54,194 nt of DNA from the NCBI GenBank assembly GCA_032718475.1, contig JAUCBJ010001195.1:1-54194 (forward strand). The letters are read 5' to 3'. The notes under the pieces were generated by a model. The model searched no databases and had not been told where the DNA came from. It was given only the letters and a program-made list of their open reading frames with translations. Source of the stretch: Nemertoderma westbladi. Its lineage: Eukaryota > Animalia > Xenacoelomorpha. The position numbers and the translations under genes are program-made. Positions 25,165 to 37,909 of this stretch are shown one piece after another (position 1 is the stretch's first letter; each line of letters begins with the position of its first letter).

Positions 25165-25363
25165 TTGATGTCGTACCAAAATCTCCGGGGAGGTACCGTG
25201 TCCCTGAAGCCGATTCCGAAACCGAAACTCGACGACTGGCGTTCACCTTTACGCGCGTTCACCGAGGCGTTAAACCTCGAGAAAAACGTAACCGGGTATC
25301 TTTACGAGTTACACCAACTCGCCGGAGCCAAGTCCGACAATCATCTTCAAAATTTCCTTGATG
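25165..25363 (+). CDS. Ferritin exon 3
   Basis: LMSYQNLRGGTVSL...ALNLEKNVTGYLYELHQLA...DNHLQNFLD; acceptor TTCCAG, phase-1 donor G|GTAAAT. Confidence 0.95.
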
Positions 25364-25728
25364 GTAAATTTTATTAATAATATTGTACATATATGCTTGT
25401 CATCACTTAGTCTGGTTGTAATTAATTTTGTAACTAAGGTATTTTTATTCAGATATTAAACTGGTAAAGTGTGTTGGTATCCCGTTCTATTCTTTATTAT
25501 ACTTCATCATAATAAATTAAAAGAAATTTGTATTTCCAGCTACAAATTTTATAATTGTATCTTAACATTCCTTAACGGTAACGCCTATACACAGGAGTAA
25601 GTAAGTTTACTGTAGATAGATGAAACATTAATAGATTTTCGTAGCATATTATACCTCAAGAGAGCAACATGTGATTTTACGGATGGGCATTTAATAATAG
25701 CGTAAATATAATTCTTATTACTTTATAG

Positions 25729-25856
25729 AAGACTTTATACAACCCGGTGTCGTTGACATAAAGGAGATCGCAAACTATGTAACTCAACTCACGCGCCTTG
25801 GCCACGGAATGGGGGAACACATCTTCGAACAAAATCTCTCGAAAAAGAACACTTAG
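25729..25856 (+). CDS. Ferritin exon 4 (to stop); spliced product 192 aa
   Basis: Acceptor TTTATAG, phase matches exon 3; EDFIQPGVVDIKEIANYVTQLTRLGHGMGEHIFEQNLSKKNT*; AATAAA at ~25927. Confidence 0.93.
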
Positions 25857-26425
25857 ATGAACAATATTTCGGATTTGTTCATCCTCAACTAACTCATTTT
25901 ATAATAGTTAATTAATTACATATTTTAATAAACAATAATAATTACTAACTATATATTTATATTCTTATATTATATTAATATAATCAAAATGAAACTAATT
26001 GCTAGGAATGTAGGTTGATTATAGATTACATCTGTATTATTTTGTCATAATATTATTAGCTAGTGATGTACATTAGATTACCGGTACTACTGGCAGTAAA
26101 ATAAAATTGTGTTTATTCGAGTTCAGTACATAAATTCTGGAGTATTATAACTGGCAGAATGTATCTGATGAGTTGCTCATCGACTTGAGTTTCACACTAT
26201 GATCGTATGAAAAATAATACAGTGCAAAATAGTAAAAAATAGTAAAAACGTAAAAAAGTAGTTTAAAAAAAATGTATCCGAGGCTTGAATCAGGGCTGTA
26301 TGTGTGGGGCCTTCGCGCAGCACGAGGCTCACTTATCAGATACTACTCGTACTACTAGGATCGGCATGCTGCATTGCAGCTGCATTTTTAAGAATGCTGT
26401 GCCGGCTTGTCAACAAAATTGCACC

Positions 26426-26718
26426 TGTGCCGTCGACGACAGACAAGGGCATGGCCTATATGGACTTAGACTGATAGACTGATATAGGACTTATTATATT
26501 ATGTACCGGTAAGGGCGAGTTGATTGACTGACTCGGTTGGTCTTTGGTACTGCCCCTGTACACGGTACCTGGGTACCGAAGCCTATGCCTATATCAGTAC
26601 CGTATATTATTGTGTACCATATATACTGATATACATTATATGAGATCGAAGGAATACCAGCACCGACCATTGAATATATTTTACTTATACCTCGTCGATC
26701 CCTAACAACGACGACACA
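26426..26718 (+). repeat. BEL 5' LTR
   Basis: TGTGCCGTCG...CGACGACACA terminal inverted repeat; direct repeat of 37617-37909. Confidence 0.97.
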
Positions 26719-29700
26719 CTTCGAACCGGATTATTTGATCAGCCTTCGGCCTAACGTCAACCATCATTTATCAAATCCCGCCTGACTAATGGTAATGACT
26801 GAATGATGGATCCTACAGACCTATGTATATCTAGTAGGCCTAACGGCTATTACGGTCTACTGCCGTCCCTAGCCTAAGCCTAACTCTGTAAGTTGACATA
26901 TACCGCTCTGCCATACCGGTAAGTGGATATCTACCATCCGAAGGCCTATCTGTTCAACGGTATCAAACCTATCCATATCTGTGCTTCTGTTCACCAGAAC
27001 TCCAGTTTCTGTTAGTCACAGAATGTCTGACAGTGAACCTGATACAAACGAAACTCTGCCAGCTACGAATATTTCTCAGCCAAATGGGCCTGGGGTCAGT
27101 TTGAACCAAAATGAAACTGAGACCCTAAAAAGGGCTCGTAAACAAGCCCGTACAAAGGCCAATAACCTTATCGCCGATCTTTTAAACTATAAATCTATGG
27201 GTCCGAATGTAGATATTGATGACCTTGCTTACAAAATTCATCAATTGGAGAATCACCGAATTAGCTTATCCAACCTAAATGACCAGCTTGCTTTATCTGG
27301 CTGTGTTGATTCCATTACCGGTAAATATGATCAGGAAATCGATGAAATTCTTTTTAAGTCAAACCGCCTTCTTACTCGGTTAGAAAAATCGGTAGATATT
27401 ATTTCCTCTTCTAACTCAGTTAGCAACTGAACCAATTCTGAAGATGCTACTGGGTTACCTAAGGTTGAAGTACCTAAATTCCATGGCGAATACACCGAAT
27501 GGCGCCCATTTTGGGACCAATTCTCGGCCTCTATAGATAGCCGCAATATTCCAGCCATTAGAAAATTTGTTTATCTCCGCCAAGCCTTAAAGGGTGATGC
27601 TAAGGATGCCCTCGATGGACTCGAAGCAACTTCCCAAAACTATCCAATAGCCATCAATCTCCTGAAACAACGCTATGGTAATCCTAATTTCCTGATAGGA
27701 GTTTATGCCACTAAATTATGCAATCAACCTAGCATACCATGTAATGATGTCCAAACATTCAGGAAATCTCTTAATTCTTTCCAGTCTGCACTCAGACAAA
27801 TTAAGTGTCTTGCTTTGGAAATTGATGAGACAAATAAATCTGCCTCTTCTTCTCCAGATTCACAGTCCGATTTAACTTCTCTACTAATTGCCCCACTTCT
27901 CCTTCAGAAACTTCCTCCGGATGTTGTTCTTGAATGGAACCGTCTTCACACCACAGACCGCTTCAATTTGGAAGGTTTATTGTGTTTTGCGCATTCTGAG
28001 TTAGAGACTCGTGAATCTATGGATTTCACCAACCAAACATTGAAATCGATGGCTGGTAGACAGCCTATCTCTGCTACAAGACAGTATCAGCCAGCAACAA
28101 TAGCTGCTCTTCCGGTTTCAGAATCCATTAGACTCTGTCCAGCCTGTAAGGGTAAACCCCATAGTATAAAATATTGTAGAGAATTTGAATCCAAAACTCC
28201 ACATGAACGTGGTAAATTAATAAAATCCTCCGGGTATTGTGAGAATTGTCTTGGTCCACACAATATCTCTAACTGCTCGTCAACTGGCACCTGCCGTTTT
28301 TGTGGTAGGAATCATCATTCGATGCTTTGTTATGCAAGAACTAAATCATCTAAAATGTCTGGAGTTGGAGATTCACCTTATGTGGTTAAGTCCCCAGTGG
28401 CCAAGTGTTCATCTAACCCCCCTCAGCGTCCACCTAGTAGTAAACTTAATGTAACACCCACTGGTCAACAACTGTCTCCCAATGTGTCTCCATGGCAACC
28501 ATCCTCCAGGATCGAACCTTCGATACCTGCTATTGAGTCCAGATCCTGCTCCATCTTTGTTAAGATTGCCCGGGCGTTTATTACCCCACCAAATTCAGAT
28601 GAAGGAATTTGGATTTCAGTATACTTAGACGATGGGTCGAAAAGGTCTTATGTGATCAATGATATTACTAATCAGATATCTTTACCAGTTATTACTCACC
28701 AACAGTTCACTACTGGTGCATTTGGTGGTCATCTAAGTACACAGGATTCTTCCCTAGTCTCATTTTCAGTTAGAAGTCAATTTTCTCCAACGCCTTTGGC
28801 TCTATCTGCATGGACTACTCCCATAGTCTGTTCACCTCTCACTCAAGAATATTTGCCTTGCCTACCTCCTAACTTGGCCCATCTTCATCCTTGGGCTGAT
28901 GATTTTAATGGAGGCCCACGCACTATCTCTTTAATGATTGGTGCTGACCAACTCCACTTAGTAACTGGCGAAACCCTCTATAATGTTGGTCTACCCCGTC
29001 CAGTTTCTACCTTCTTCGGTTTTGTTTTATCTGGTCCTCTAGTGACTGGGAATCTTGCCTCCCAAACCCACTATACACCATCTATGCTTGTTAGTGAGCC
29101 TGACATTGCCCAACTTTGGTCCTTGGAAACAATTGGAATTCGGGATTCCCTCCTTGACCAAGATGGCGATATTTTCCCTCAACCAGCCAAATCCACAGTC
29201 AATAATAACCGCTACCAGGTTCAATTGCCATTTCTAGGTCATAAACGTCCTTTGCCTAACTCCTCTATTGTTGCCAGACAGCAAAGTCGAACTATGACTC
29301 GTGTAAGTGCTGCTCATCTTCCATTGTATACTGGAAAAATAGCGAAGCTCCAGCTTGATAACATAGTTGAACTCTCCACAACTGACGATAATGTTGGATA
29401 CTTTCTACCCCATCATGGTGTTTGGAAACATGATAAACTGCGTGTGGTCTTTAATGGCTCCTCCAGTGATAGCAAAGGCACTAGCCTTAATGACTGCCTA
29501 GACTCTGGTCCTAACCTATTAGGATCTATGGTTGACATAACCTTAAGGGCTCGCCTTCGACCCTATCTAGTTGTTGCAGATATCGTTGCTGCTTTTCACC
29601 AGATAGAACTCTACCCATCCGACCGACAGTGAGTTAAGTTTTTCTGGGGCAATGAATCTTGGCAATTTATCAGAGTTCCATTTGGCCTTATATCCAGCCC

Positions 29701-31980
29701 ATACCATCTCCATTCGGTTGCAATTCACCATATCACGGAGAATACTGATGCTTGCTTTGCTGCTCAACTGATTTCATCAATATATTGTGATGATGTTTTC
29801 CGCAGTGAAGATCATCTATCTACAGCCCAGGACTTCCTACGACGAGCTATTCATCTGTTCAGCTTGGCTGCTATGGAGCTCAAACCGGTTGACAATCCCA
29901 ATAAGATACTTGGTGTACCTTGGAACACTAATGAGGACACTATCTATGTTGATGTAACTGTTGTCGATATCCCTACATCTTTTACCCGTCGTAATCTTAT
30001 CCGTTCATTCTCCAAGGTCTTTGACTCTTTGGGACTCTGCTATCCTTGGACAATTCGACCTCGATTACTTCTTCAACAGTCTTGGTCTGTAGGTGGTCGT
30101 TGGGATGATCCCGTATCTCCCAATATCCAAGCTCAGTGGATCAGCTGGGCAAGTGAAGCCACAACACAACATATCCCAATATTTCCACGATGTGTTTATA
30201 TCAATGACAATTGTGTATTGCATATCTTCTGTGATGCCTCCAAAGTGGCCTATGCTTGTCTGGCCTATATCGTCCATCCTGGAGAATCCTCGACACTTTT
30301 CTTTGGGAAAGCTCGTGTGGCCCCTCTCAAACCGAAGCATAGTATACCTCGCCTAGAACTACTAGGTGCTACTTTAGGTGCTCGTGTAGCACATCACCTC
30401 TGCCTCGACGTCATTCAACCTCAACGTGTTGTCATATGGACAGATTCAATGGCAGTTCTTTGGTGGTTACGAAAGGGTGTTTCTAAACGTGACATCTTTG
30501 TTGCTAATCGCCTTCTAGAGATAACCAAGCTCATCCCGTCTGATCATAGTGGTTATGAGTGGCGCTATGTTCCCTCTCAAAGCAACCCTGCAGATATACC
30601 AACACGAGGATGTAGTCTTTCTCAATTAGCTGATTCGGCCCTCTATAAAGAAGGGCCTCCATTTCTCATTGATGAAGAATGTAACTGGCCCAGTAGTCCG
30701 ACTCCTCCAGCTCAGTTATTAGTGATATCTGAACCACAGACAAATTCACTAACTCCAATCGTTTCTCTTAAGAAATATTCTAGCTTCGATACTTTGATTC
30801 GGGTTGTTGCTTACATTCACCGTTTCATTCATAACTGTGCCCAAAAATCTGCCGCTGCATGCAGGAAGGGTGCATTAGTTGGATCAGAACTGACATCAGC
30901 TACCAACTATCTTATAAGATTGGAACAGAGACATCTCTTTGCTGATGAATTCCAGATGCTATCTGCAGATCCTTTTGCTGCCTTGCCTAAATCATCTTCA
31001 TTGTGGCGATATCATCCTACTCTGTTTAATGGCTTAATTGTCTTGGTTCCACGCAACCGCCAGGAACCCACCTTACCAATACTCCCCTATAAGAGTCATT
31101 TAACATCCCTGTTGGTAAAACATTTCCATAGTGCTCTTTGCCATCAAGGTTATGATGCTACACTTTCTGAGATTCGTACACGATTTTGGATCCCAAAGGG
31201 ACGTGCATTGGTACGCAAACTCATTTTCGATTGCCCCAAATGTCATCGTTATCGCTGTGTTCCATACCGTAGTTCTGAATCTGCCTTACAACCATTTCGG
31301 ATTCAACCTACAGTGCCATTTCGGCATGTGGGCGTTGATTTCTTTGGTCCATTATATTTAAAGGAGAAAATTAAAGCCTGGGCCATTCTATTCACCTGTG
31401 CCTGTGTCCGGGCCATCCACCTGGAGATTGTTTCAGACCAATCGGCTGCAACTACACATCTGGCCTTTCGTAAGTTTTTGGCCCGTCGAGTCCGGCCCCT
31501 TACTCCTATTACTTTTCATTCTGATAATGCGAAAACATTTCGCAAATTATCTTGCATGAAATTCCCATCGCATGTGGTGGATTGGGAATTTATTCCTGCT
31601 CGTAGTCCTGCATGGGGAGGATTTTGGGAACGAATGGTGAAGACTGTGAAATTTTGCATGAAGACTCTTTGCCACAAGCTCTTACTTACCTTGCCCCAAC
31701 TTGAAGCCGTGGTATGTGAAGTTGAAGCTGTTGTGAATCTGCGGCCATTGTTGCCAGTCTCCACAGATCCCAATGATACAAATTCAATAACCCCCGCCCA
31801 CTTCCTATATGGTTCACCACCGCCAGTTTCGGATCTTGAAATTGACACGGTGGTAATTGCCGAACCAGATATCCGTCGATCACTATTACAAAGGGAACGT
31901 GCCAATCGTGAGGTTTGGAAGTTGTTTTCATCGCGATATATGAATACTCTCGCAACATGGCGCACAACAGGTTCCAGTGG

Positions 31981-32261
31981 TGTGGTGATATGGAATAACT
32001 CAAGGGTGAGCGTGAGGCTATATAATATCAGTATATTATGTATTAATATGTCTGACAGTGCAGTGCAGAAGTGTACCGGTGTAGGCTTTAGGAAGCCGAA
32101 GTGCAGTACTACAGAAGTACTGATGATCAGCTGATCTGCCGATGTCACTAGGCAACCAACGTAATCAGGGTACATCATAAATGTAACTTAATAATAACCA
32201 GCCACCAAATATATGTAAAATAATATATATATAAGAGTGTGAACCACTGGATGTCACTACA
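31981..32261 (-). repeat. Gypsy 3' LTR
   Basis: TG..CA, preceded on the minus strand by the PPT. Confidence 0.97.
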
Positions 32262-32284
32262 CCCCCCTTCTAGCTCGTTATGAG

Positions 32285-35200
32285 TTATAGTCGCTGTGGG
32301 GGTTTATGTTGCCGAGTAGGGTAACTGTGGGTGCGTGTAGTAACATTATTGTCAAATCTGACAGTTTTAGGTGGCCCGGCGGGGTTGATATCCGCCACGG
32401 GTTTGTGTGTTGTGGCAGTGTCGTCGGGAATCCTGGGAATTGCCGGAGCGGCACTGGAGAGTGGCGTCGAAGTGTCGAGAAGTAGGAAGCGACGGTTCCT
32501 ACTTATATTACGGCCGGAAGGGGTCCTGACCGTGTATCTACGGTTGGGCCCAGCCTCGACGACCATCCCCTTTCGGTCCCAGCATTTGGAGTGGGGGTCT
32601 TGTATCACGACGTGGTCATGAACTGCGAGGGGCGGGAGGCTGTGGGCCGCTTTGTTATAGTCGGCAATGCGTTGCGCACGTAGTGGTGGAAGAACTTCAT
32701 CGAGTCGGCGCCGTGTGGCCTGGTGGTCCGCCGCAAATGCACTGTGGTGTGCGGGGACGCGAGTACGGAGGGGGTGGCCGTACACTACTTGAGCGGGAGA
32801 CAGACCGCTCTCCCGTGGGCTGTTCCTGAGTGTGAGTAGACCCTCGGCAAAGGCCTCGGAGGTGTGAGAGCCACCTACTTTATCTAGAAGGCTCTTGAGG
32901 GACTTTACAGTTGCCTCCGCGTGCCCATTACCCTGCGGGTATTCTGCGGAGGAGGTAACTGGGATAACACCCCATTCGTTAAGAAATGTTTTTGTCGCTG
33001 TGGCGGTGAGTGGGGTGCCGCCATCCGAGCGGAGTCGGGTTGGTATACCATAACGGGTAAACCATTGTTTTAGCGCCGCAATAGTCTGTAGAGCGGTTGG
33101 GGGACCCGGGAAGTTGTGAAGGTCGGGCCAGCCGCTGTAACGATCGGCGAGGGCGACGTAGTGCCGGCCATTTAGGCTGAAAAAGTCCGCGGATATGTCT
33201 TCGAATATCCGTGTTGGGAGAGGTTCCTGGAGGAAGGGTTCCTTCGGTGGGGTCGATCGGTGGCGAAGACACGACGGACAGCTGGCGACGGATGTCCGAA
33301 TGTCATTGGTGAGGCCCGGCCAGTACACGCACTGTCGGGCTCGCCGAAGGGATTTGTCAACCCCTTGATGGGGAGTATGGAGGCGTTCCAACGTGATGGC
33401 TCGGGCCGCCTGGGGGATGACGAGGCGTTGACCATAAAGTACCAGGTCGCCATCTGTTGATAGGGAGTCCCGGAGGGACCAGTAGGCACCAACCGCGGGG
33501 TCGCTACGTGAACTGGGGGGGAAACCGTGCTGGACAGCGGTATGTAGAGAACGGTAAGCCTCGTCTTCCCTAGCAGTGTTGGATAGCTCCTGGAGGACCG
33601 GGTCCTCGAGGTGATCCTCGCCGGAAATCGCGGAGACGTTGGCGAGTGTAACAGAGCGCAGATTGTAGGCAATCTCGCCATCGTCGACGAGGTCGGCTGC
33701 GGTCGGTTGGTCGACGGGTGACCGGGAAAGCGCGTCTGGGATTGCGTGGTCTTTCCCGCGGCACCAAGTTGTGGTAAATATATACGGGGACAACTTTGAC
33801 TTCAGCCGCTGGATCCGAGTGTTGTCAACCTCAGAGTGTCCCTTGCGGTTGAGGATGGTGACCAGTGGTTGATGGTCGGTAACGAGCGTGAAGCTAGGGA
33901 GCCCAAGGAGGAAAGTACGACACTTTGTGGCGGCCCAGACGACTGCAAGGAGTTCGAGCTCTATTGTTGCGTAGCGCGATTCCGTATCGGAAGTGAATCT
34001 GGAGCCACATTCAACGAGCTTCCACTCGACACCGTGGCGTTGGAGAAGGGCGTAGCCGAGCCCTTTGAGGCGAGAAGCGTCGGTCACAAGTCGGGTGTCG
34101 AGGGAGACATCAAAGGGAGCCAGTACTGGGGTTGTTGTGAGGGCGCGTTTAGTGGCGTCGAAGGCCCGCTGATGGTCGCTGGTCCAGATGTACGGCGACT
34201 TGATACTCAGGAGAGGTCGCAGTGGAAGGAGTAACTCGGCGATGGAGGTGGAGAAAGGAGCTAGTTGTTCCACCAAACCGACGAAACTCCGAAGGTTGGT
34301 GAGAGTTTCCGGTCGGGGGAAGGACGCGATTGCAGAAAGTTTAGCGGGGTCAGCGCGGATGCCATCCGAGCCGACGAGGAAGCCGCCAAACTTCACCTCC
34401 GATTTCGCGAGTTGTACCTTGCCAGGGTGGAGGCAGATACCAGTCGATCTGCAGCGCTCGAGAAAGCGTTGGATGCTACAGATGTGTTCCTCGAGAGTAT
34501 TATCGTATAGGAGGACATCGTCCACGATCTTAAGCATTCGTGGGATACCTCGGAGCGCGTCATCGCCCCGGCGGTTGAATTCGTCGCCGGAAGAAATAAG
34601 CCCCATCACACTGCGTGTGTGTTTATATCGCCCCCATGGAGTAATGAAGGTGGTTAGGAGCTGAGATTCAGCGTCTAGGGGTACCTGCCAATACCCATGG
34701 GAGGCGTCGAACACTGAAAAGTATCGAGCAGTGGGGGAAATTTCTGCAACCGCGACTCGTGGATTGGGTGTGGGGTAGAATGGCCGTTTAACCTGGTAGT
34801 TAAGATGGCGCAAATCCACACATAGACGAAGTCTACCGCTGGGTTTCCGGGTAACTGTAAGCGGGTGGGCCCACTCGGTGGGTTCATCCACACGCTGTAT
34901 GACGTCGCGGCGTTCCAAGTCATCAAGGAGGGTTTTTACCTCGTCCCGAAGAGCAAACGGAATCGGACGAGCGCCGTTGGCATTGTAGGGCTGGGCACCC
35001 TCCTTGAGTTCTATATGCATGGGGGGACCAGTAATGGTTGACAGAGGGGCGGCCTCGTCGTCGAAAACATCCCCGTAACGGTCGAGAATAGCGCTAGGGC
35101 TGTTGGAACCTGAACGACAGGGGTCAGGTTCTAGAACTGCGACCGGTACAGGGGTCCCAGTTGAGGTTGCGGAGACGGCTATGGGATATGGGAAACTCAG

Positions 35201-36841
35201 GGGGAGGATCCCAAGATCTAAGCAAACGGATTTGCTTAGAATTAAACCCTCCGTCTCCGGAGAGAGAATGACTTCGGTAGTTGCAGTGTTGCCACCGGAA
35301 GTAATAGAAGCAGGTAGACGGCCGCGAGTTTGAAGGGGAAGACCATCCGCGGCGACCAAATCCAGATTCATCGACGGGAGTAGATCCGCATGGAGGCCTC
35401 CGAGCTTGTAGAAGAGGTCTTCGCTTAGGATGGTCGCTGCTGCGCCGCTGTCGGGGAGCGCACGGTGTACCTTTCCCAGATAGGTACCGGTACCGGACAG
35501 GGTGAGATCCACCGAGATGTAGTCCAGTTTACAGACCGCCGCGCTGTACTCGAGGCGGTTGATGGAATCCCGGGATAATATAGTGTTAGTTTTGGCGGGT
35601 TTCGGCGCAGGACCACTGGAACGGCATACTTTGTAAAAGTGGCCGGTTTTACCGCAACCATCGCACTGAACTTCTCGGGCGGGGCAATTGGACCTGTCGG
35701 TATGTTGCTGGTTACCGCAACGACCGCAATTGCGTGCGCGAGGGTTCCCGCCACGAGAAGAGGTTCTCGTGGATTGTCCGGGAGTTGAGCGGTTTCCCGA
35801 ACCGGTTTGCGGTCGATTGGGGGCACCTGGACGCATTGGTGAGCGGCCGCGCCGCTGCTTGTATTGCGAAACTTTCGCGATGGAACCGGAGCCGCCGAGA
35901 AACGACTGATTTTTGGAGCTCGACTCCCAGTTTTGGCAAGTCTGGACGCAGACGTCGATTGTGGGCCGGGGCAAGACTTTTAAGAGCTCCTGTTGTGTCT
36001 CGGCGGAGTGGAGACCGACCAAAATTTGTGTTACAATTTGGTCGTCACGGCAATGTAGGCAGAGTTCGGCGAGGTCAGCGAGGTGCTGGAGAGCGATGTA
36101 GAAGTCGTCGAACGTCTCCTGTGGGCCCTGGCGGCGTTTATGGAAGGCCAAGCAATCCAGGGCAATGCTGCGTTTGGAACGAAGATGATCCCGCAGACCG
36201 TCGAGTACGAGTTTCGTAGTCGTGGCATCGTCGTCGGGATCCAGTTTTAGGTGGACTCGGACGACTTCCTGGAGTCCCGGACCTAACGCAGTCAGGAGAG
36301 TATAAACCTGTTTGCGGCGGGGGTATGTCTCCGCCCGCTGGCGGTTTGCGTTATATTCCCAGCTGTCCCGCCAGCGACGGAAAGCGGGAAGGTCGACGGA
36401 GGTGTCGATACGGTCGAGGTTGTCGATCGAGATCAAGTGCCGTCGTCCGGGGGGTCCGGGGACTTGTGCCACGGGGGCTAATGCCGGGTTGGCAGGGTCG
36501 ACGTTTTGCTGACGAGCAAGTCTGTCGAGAAGGTCCCGAAGTTGCGCATCGGAACGGGCCTGTTGTTCCTCTAATCGGCGATTTGCTTCTGCCTGCTGTT
36601 CGCGGTGTTCGCGTTGTTGCTGTTGCATGAACTGCAGGAGTTTATCCATGCCGCGTGGATTTTCCTCAGTTTCGATTGCGGATTGGAGCTTAGTTCTAAG
36701 CTTCACAACCGATGGTTTGTTGTCATGCGGGATGCGGGCGTCATGACAGTATTGCAACAGTTCGGCACGGGTTAATGCGTTGATCTCGTCATGGGTTAGA
36801 TCTAACCAGGGTTTATCCTCGGCGTATTCCGCTTCTGCCAT
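32285..36841 (-). CDS. Gag-pol polyprotein, 1518 aa from the first ATG after the PBS, uninterrupted
   Basis: Two CCHC knuckles, PDSGA protease, RLCVDLR/IVDD RT, TDAS/ELELLAV/DALSR RNase H, HHCC plus D-D-E integrase in PR-RT-RH-IN order. Confidence 0.96.
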   Translation of the reverse strand: MAEAEYAEDKPWLDLTHDEINALTRAELLQYCHDARIPHDNKPSVVKLRTKLQSAIETEENPRGMDKLLQFMQQQQREHREQQAEANRRLEEQQARSDAQLRDLLDRLARQQNVDPANPALAPVAQVPGPPGRRHLISIDNLDRIDTSVDLPAFRRWRDSWEYNANRQRAETYPRRKQVYTLLTALGPGLQEVVRVHLKLDPDDDATTTKLVLDGLRDHLRSKRSIALDCLAFHKRRQGPQETFDDFYIALQHLADLAELCLHCRDDQIVTQILVGLHSAETQQELLKVLPRPTIDVCVQTCQNWESSSKNQSFLGGSGSIAKVSQYKQRRGRSPMRPGAPNRPQTGSGNRSTPGQSTRTSSRGGNPRARNCGRCGNQQHTDRSNCPAREVQCDGCGKTGHFYKVCRSSGPAPKPAKTNTILSRDSINRLEYSAAVCKLDYISVDLTLSGTGTYLGKVHRALPDSGAAATILSEDLFYKLGGLHADLLPSMNLDLVAADGLPLQTRGRLPASITSGGNTATTEVILSPETEGLILSKSVCLDLGILPLSFPYPIAVSATSTGTPVPVAVLEPDPCRSGSNSPSAILDRYGDVFDDEAAPLSTITGPPMHIELKEGAQPYNANGARPIPFALRDEVKTLLDDLERRDVIQRVDEPTEWAHPLTVTRKPSGRLRLCVDLRHLNYQVKRPFYPTPNPRVAVAEISPTARYFSVFDASHGYWQVPLDAESQLLTTFITPWGRYKHTRSVMGLISSGDEFNRRGDDALRGIPRMLKIVDDVLLYDNTLEEHICSIQRFLERCRSTGICLHPGKVQLAKSEVKFGGFLVGSDGIRADPAKLSAIASFPRPETLTNLRSFVGLVEQLAPFSTSIAELLLPLRPLLSIKSPYIWTSDHQRAFDATKRALTTTPVLAPFDVSLDTRLVTDASRLKGLGYALLQRHGVEWKLVECGSRFTSDTESRYATIELELLAVVWAATKCRTFLLGLPSFTLVTDHQPLVTILNRKGHSEVDNTRIQRLKSKLSPYIFTTTWCRGKDHAIPDALSRSPVDQPTAADLVDDGEIAYNLRSVTLANVSAISGEDHLEDPVLQELSNTAREDEAYRSLHTAVQHGFPPSSRSDPAVGAYWSLRDSLSTDGDLVLYGQRLVIPQAARAITLERLHTPHQGVDKSLRRARQCVYWPGLTNDIRTSVASCPSCLRHRSTPPKEPFLQEPLPTRIFEDISADFFSLNGRHYVALADRYSGWPDLHNFPGPPTALQTIAALKQWFTRYGIPTRLRSDGGTPLTATATKTFLNEWGVIPVTSSAEYPQGNGHAEATVKSLKSLLDKVGGSHTSEAFAEGLLTLRNSPRESGLSPAQVVYGHPLRTRVPAHHSAFAADHQATRRRLDEVLPPLRAQRIADYNKAAHSLPPLAVHDHVVIQDPHSKCWDRKGMVVEAGPNRRYTVRTPSGRNISRNRRFLLLDTSTPLSSAAPAIPRIPDDTATTHKPVADINPAGPPKTVRFDNNVTTRTHSYPTRQHKPPQRL

Positions 36842-36920
36842 CGGAACGTCAATGAACGTGCGATAAAAAAGGGTAAACCCACGAATCGAGTTCAGGAGTA
36901 AGTGACTACTCGCAGCGCCA

Positions 36921-37201
36921 TGTGGTGATATGGAATAACTCAAGGGTGAGCGTGAGGCTATATAATATCAGTATATTATGTATTAATATGTCTGACAGTG
37001 CAGTGCAGAAGTGTACCGGTGTAGGCTTTAGGAAGCCGAAGTGCAGTACTACAGAAGTACTGATGATCAGCTGATCTGCCGATGTCACTAGGCAACCAAC
37101 GTAATCAGGGTACATCATAAATGTAACTTAATAATAACCAGCCACCAAATATATGTAAAATAATATATATATAAGAGTGTGAACCACTGGATGTCACTAC
37201 A
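36921..37201 (-). repeat. Gypsy 5' LTR
   Basis: Directly followed by the PBS on the minus strand. Confidence 0.97.
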
Positions 37202-37616
37202 AGTGGCATCCCTCCTACCATTGGGGACCTAGTTCTAGTCCACCAGGATTCACCCCGTTCCCGTTGGCCTTTGGCCCGCATTGTGGGCCTTACAACTGGT
37301 GTTGATGGCATACCCCGATCTGCAACAATTCTCCTCCGTGGTCGCCATACAACTCGTGCGGTCAATAAACTGTTACCCCTTGAGCGTTCAACCATCCCCA
37401 ATCGTGGGGGCAGGGTGCCTCTTGATCAGGATCACCCTGCAATCAATCATCATGGGGATGCAGCATCATCTTCCAACTGCCCAATGCCTCAACAACCACC
37501 ACCTAATTGTGAACAACTGAATCCTATGGGTTCCTACCGAACTGCATCTGGACGTGCTGTGCGCCCACCCATGTGTTATGGTTATTGCAAACCATAGATT
37601 GGTTGCAACGTGGGGG

Positions 37617-37909
37617 TGTGCCGTCGACGACAGACAAGGGCATGGCCTATATGGACTTAGACTGATAGACTGATATAGGACTTATTATATTATGTACCGG
37701 TAAGGGCGAGTTGATTGACTGACTCGGTTGGTCTTTGGTACTGCCCCTGTACACGGTACCTGGGTACCGAAGCCTATGCCTATATCAGTACCGTATATTA
37801 TTGTGTACCATATATACTGATATACATTATATGAGATCGAAGGAATACCAGCACCGACCATTGAATATATTTTACTTATACCTCGTCGATCCCTAACAAC
37901 GACGACACA
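37617..37909 (+). repeat. BEL 3' LTR
   Basis: Direct repeat of 26426-26718. Confidence 0.97.

Larger units (their letters stand above)
31981..37201 (-). mobile_element. Intact Ty3/gypsy (Mag-like) LTR retrotransposon, 281-bp LTRs, 5-bp TSD AGTGG
   Basis: LTRs 31981-32261 and 36921-37201 identical by eye; TSD 31976-31980 and 37202-37206; PBS TGGCGCTGCGAG (tRNA-Ser-like) at 36920-36909; PPT GAAGGGGGG at 32270-32262. Confidence 0.97.
27023..37597 (+). pseudogene. BEL gag-pol single frame (27023-31980 joined to 37207-37597), two in-frame TGA stops and a gypsy insertion
   Basis: LPKVEVPKFHGEYTEW (DUF1759-type gag), triple Cys/His knuckle, LDDGS protease, YFLPHH, RVPFG, YCDD RT, LHIFCDAS/IPRLEL/NPAD RNase H region, GVDFFGP/SDNA/GGFWERMV integrase, GDLVLV..W.LARIV C-terminus; stops at 27428 and 29630. 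Confidence 0.95.
26426..37909 (+). mobile_element. BEL/Pao LTR retrotransposon, 293-bp LTRs, 5-bp TSD GCACC
   Basis: LTRs 26426-26718 and 37617-37909 (TG..CA, identical by eye); TSD 26421-26425 and 37910-37914; G-rich PPT before the 3' LTR; partial PBS CTTCGAACCGGA. Confidence 0.97.

Noticed and set aside
31981-32178. C-terminal extension of ORF 29864-32134 and ORF 31516-32178; likewise chimeric ORF 37685-38215
   Set aside because: Read-through into LTR sequence at insertion junctions; the true BEL C-terminus resumes at 37207.
32331-36630. Many short ORFs overlapping the gypsy polyprotein
   Set aside because: Shadow frames of GC-rich coding DNA with no motifs; no env-like ORF in either LTR element.
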